From NCBI RefSeq assembly GCF_006345805.1, contig NC_043005.1:75826001-75890000 (forward strand): a stretch of 64,000 nt of DNA. The letters are read 5' to 3'. The notes under the pieces are model-generated. The model ran no database searches. It was not told the DNA's origin and worked only from the letters and a program-made list of their open reading frames with translations. The DNA comes from Octopus sinensis (lineage: Eukaryota). Position numbers and translations under genes: made by a program. Positions 62,995 to 64,000 of the stretch are shown in pieces (the first letter of the stretch is position 1; each line of letters opens with the position of its first letter).

Positions 62995-63420
62995 TCATCG
63001 TTTAACGTCCACTTTCCATGCTAGCATGGGTTGGACGATTTGACTGAGGACTGGTGACCTAGATGGCTACACCAGGCTCCAAACTGATCTAGCAGAGTTT
63101 CTACAGCTGGATACTCTTCCTAACTCTAACCACTCCAAGAGTGTAGTAGGGAGTTTTACATGCCATCGGTACGAGGGCCAGTCAGGCAGTATTGCCAACG
63201 GCCATGCTCAAATGGTGTTTTTTACATGCCACCTGCACAGGAGCCAGTCCAGCAGCACTGGCAATGACCTTGCTTGAATGTTTTTTCATGTGCCAGTAAG
63301 GCGATGCTGGTAACAATCATGCTCGAATGGTGCTTTTTACATGCCACCGGCATGGAAGCCAGTTAGCTGCTCTGGCAATGATCACACTCCACTAGCATGG
63401 ATGCCAGTCATCGAATTTAA
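62995..63420 (-). mobile_element. RTE 3'-UTR-derived repeat
   Basis: Same family as 3655-4215. Confidence 0.75.
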
Positions 63421-63480
63421 TTTTGATTTCATTGAAATTGATTTTGGAGATAAAATCTGGGCTAAAATACACAATGTATA

Positions 63481-63524
<44 letters not shown>

Positions 63525-64000
63525 GAAGAAAATCATCCTAACAGAGGCAATCAAAAGCATCAGAAACATTCCAGTTTGATCGGGCCTTGTCAACAATGTG
63601 CACTTTCAGCTATATGCATAGAAGAAATTTGTCTCCCTCTGATATAGGAAATAGTGGATAACACTTTTACTGATATTAGAAGTAACTGCTGGGCTGAATA
63701 AAAATACAGGGTACCCAATTAAAGCAACATTAAATTAAAATAGCCTTTTACGTATCATACTTAATGTATATAAACCATTGAAAGGCAAGATATTGCAATT
63801 TTTGTCTGAGATAAAATCTCGTATAAGCATGGTAGGTTAAAAAACACAATATACATATAGGATAAAGACCCCTTTCAGTCACAAATGGCCATGGGATTGC
63901 AGCTAGAATGTTCCCTCTGAGGCACAAGTATGGGCAAGGCTGTGTTTGGAAGACCAGCAGTCACCCATGTATACCATCCTCTTCTCTCTATGCCACCAAT

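Noticed and set aside
63704-63725. tacagggtacccaatt resembling a Tc1/mariner TIR
   Set aside because: No partner TIR or transposase motif is visible in the window.

Overview
AT-rich, microsatellite-saturated eukaryotic DNA. The repeat complement suggests a coleoid cephalopod such as Octopus (inference). The only well-supported host gene is an RGS9-binding-protein (R9AP/RGS9BP)-like gene on the + strand. I found three coding exons by hand (22849-23015, 43228-43358, 61354-61489). They join in phase into a 144-aa peptide across introns of about 20 kb and 18 kb, and the gene continues beyond the window. The rest is transposon-derived: a near-full-length R4/Dong-like LINE and shorter relatives inserted in (TAA)n, a GC-rich CR1-like LINE, several RTE fragments (one with a twin-priming-type inversion, one with an expanded hairpin array in its 3' UTR), two Penelope-like elements, mariner and piggyBac-type MITEs, and dozens of SINE copies. 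The most unusual signals are: (1) at least five unrelated minimal type-I hammerhead-ribozyme-like motifs, several with non-canonical cores (U3/A8, C4, U6) and some paired in fold-back palindromes; (2) a Penelope-type GIY-YIG endonuclease whose two motifs are separated by an in-frame insert of about 120 codons; (3) reiterated 5' junctions of TAA-targeting retroelements. Most ORFs in the supplied track are microsatellite artefacts. All family names come from motif recognition, not database searches. Repeat boundaries are approximate unless TSDs or TIRs are quoted.
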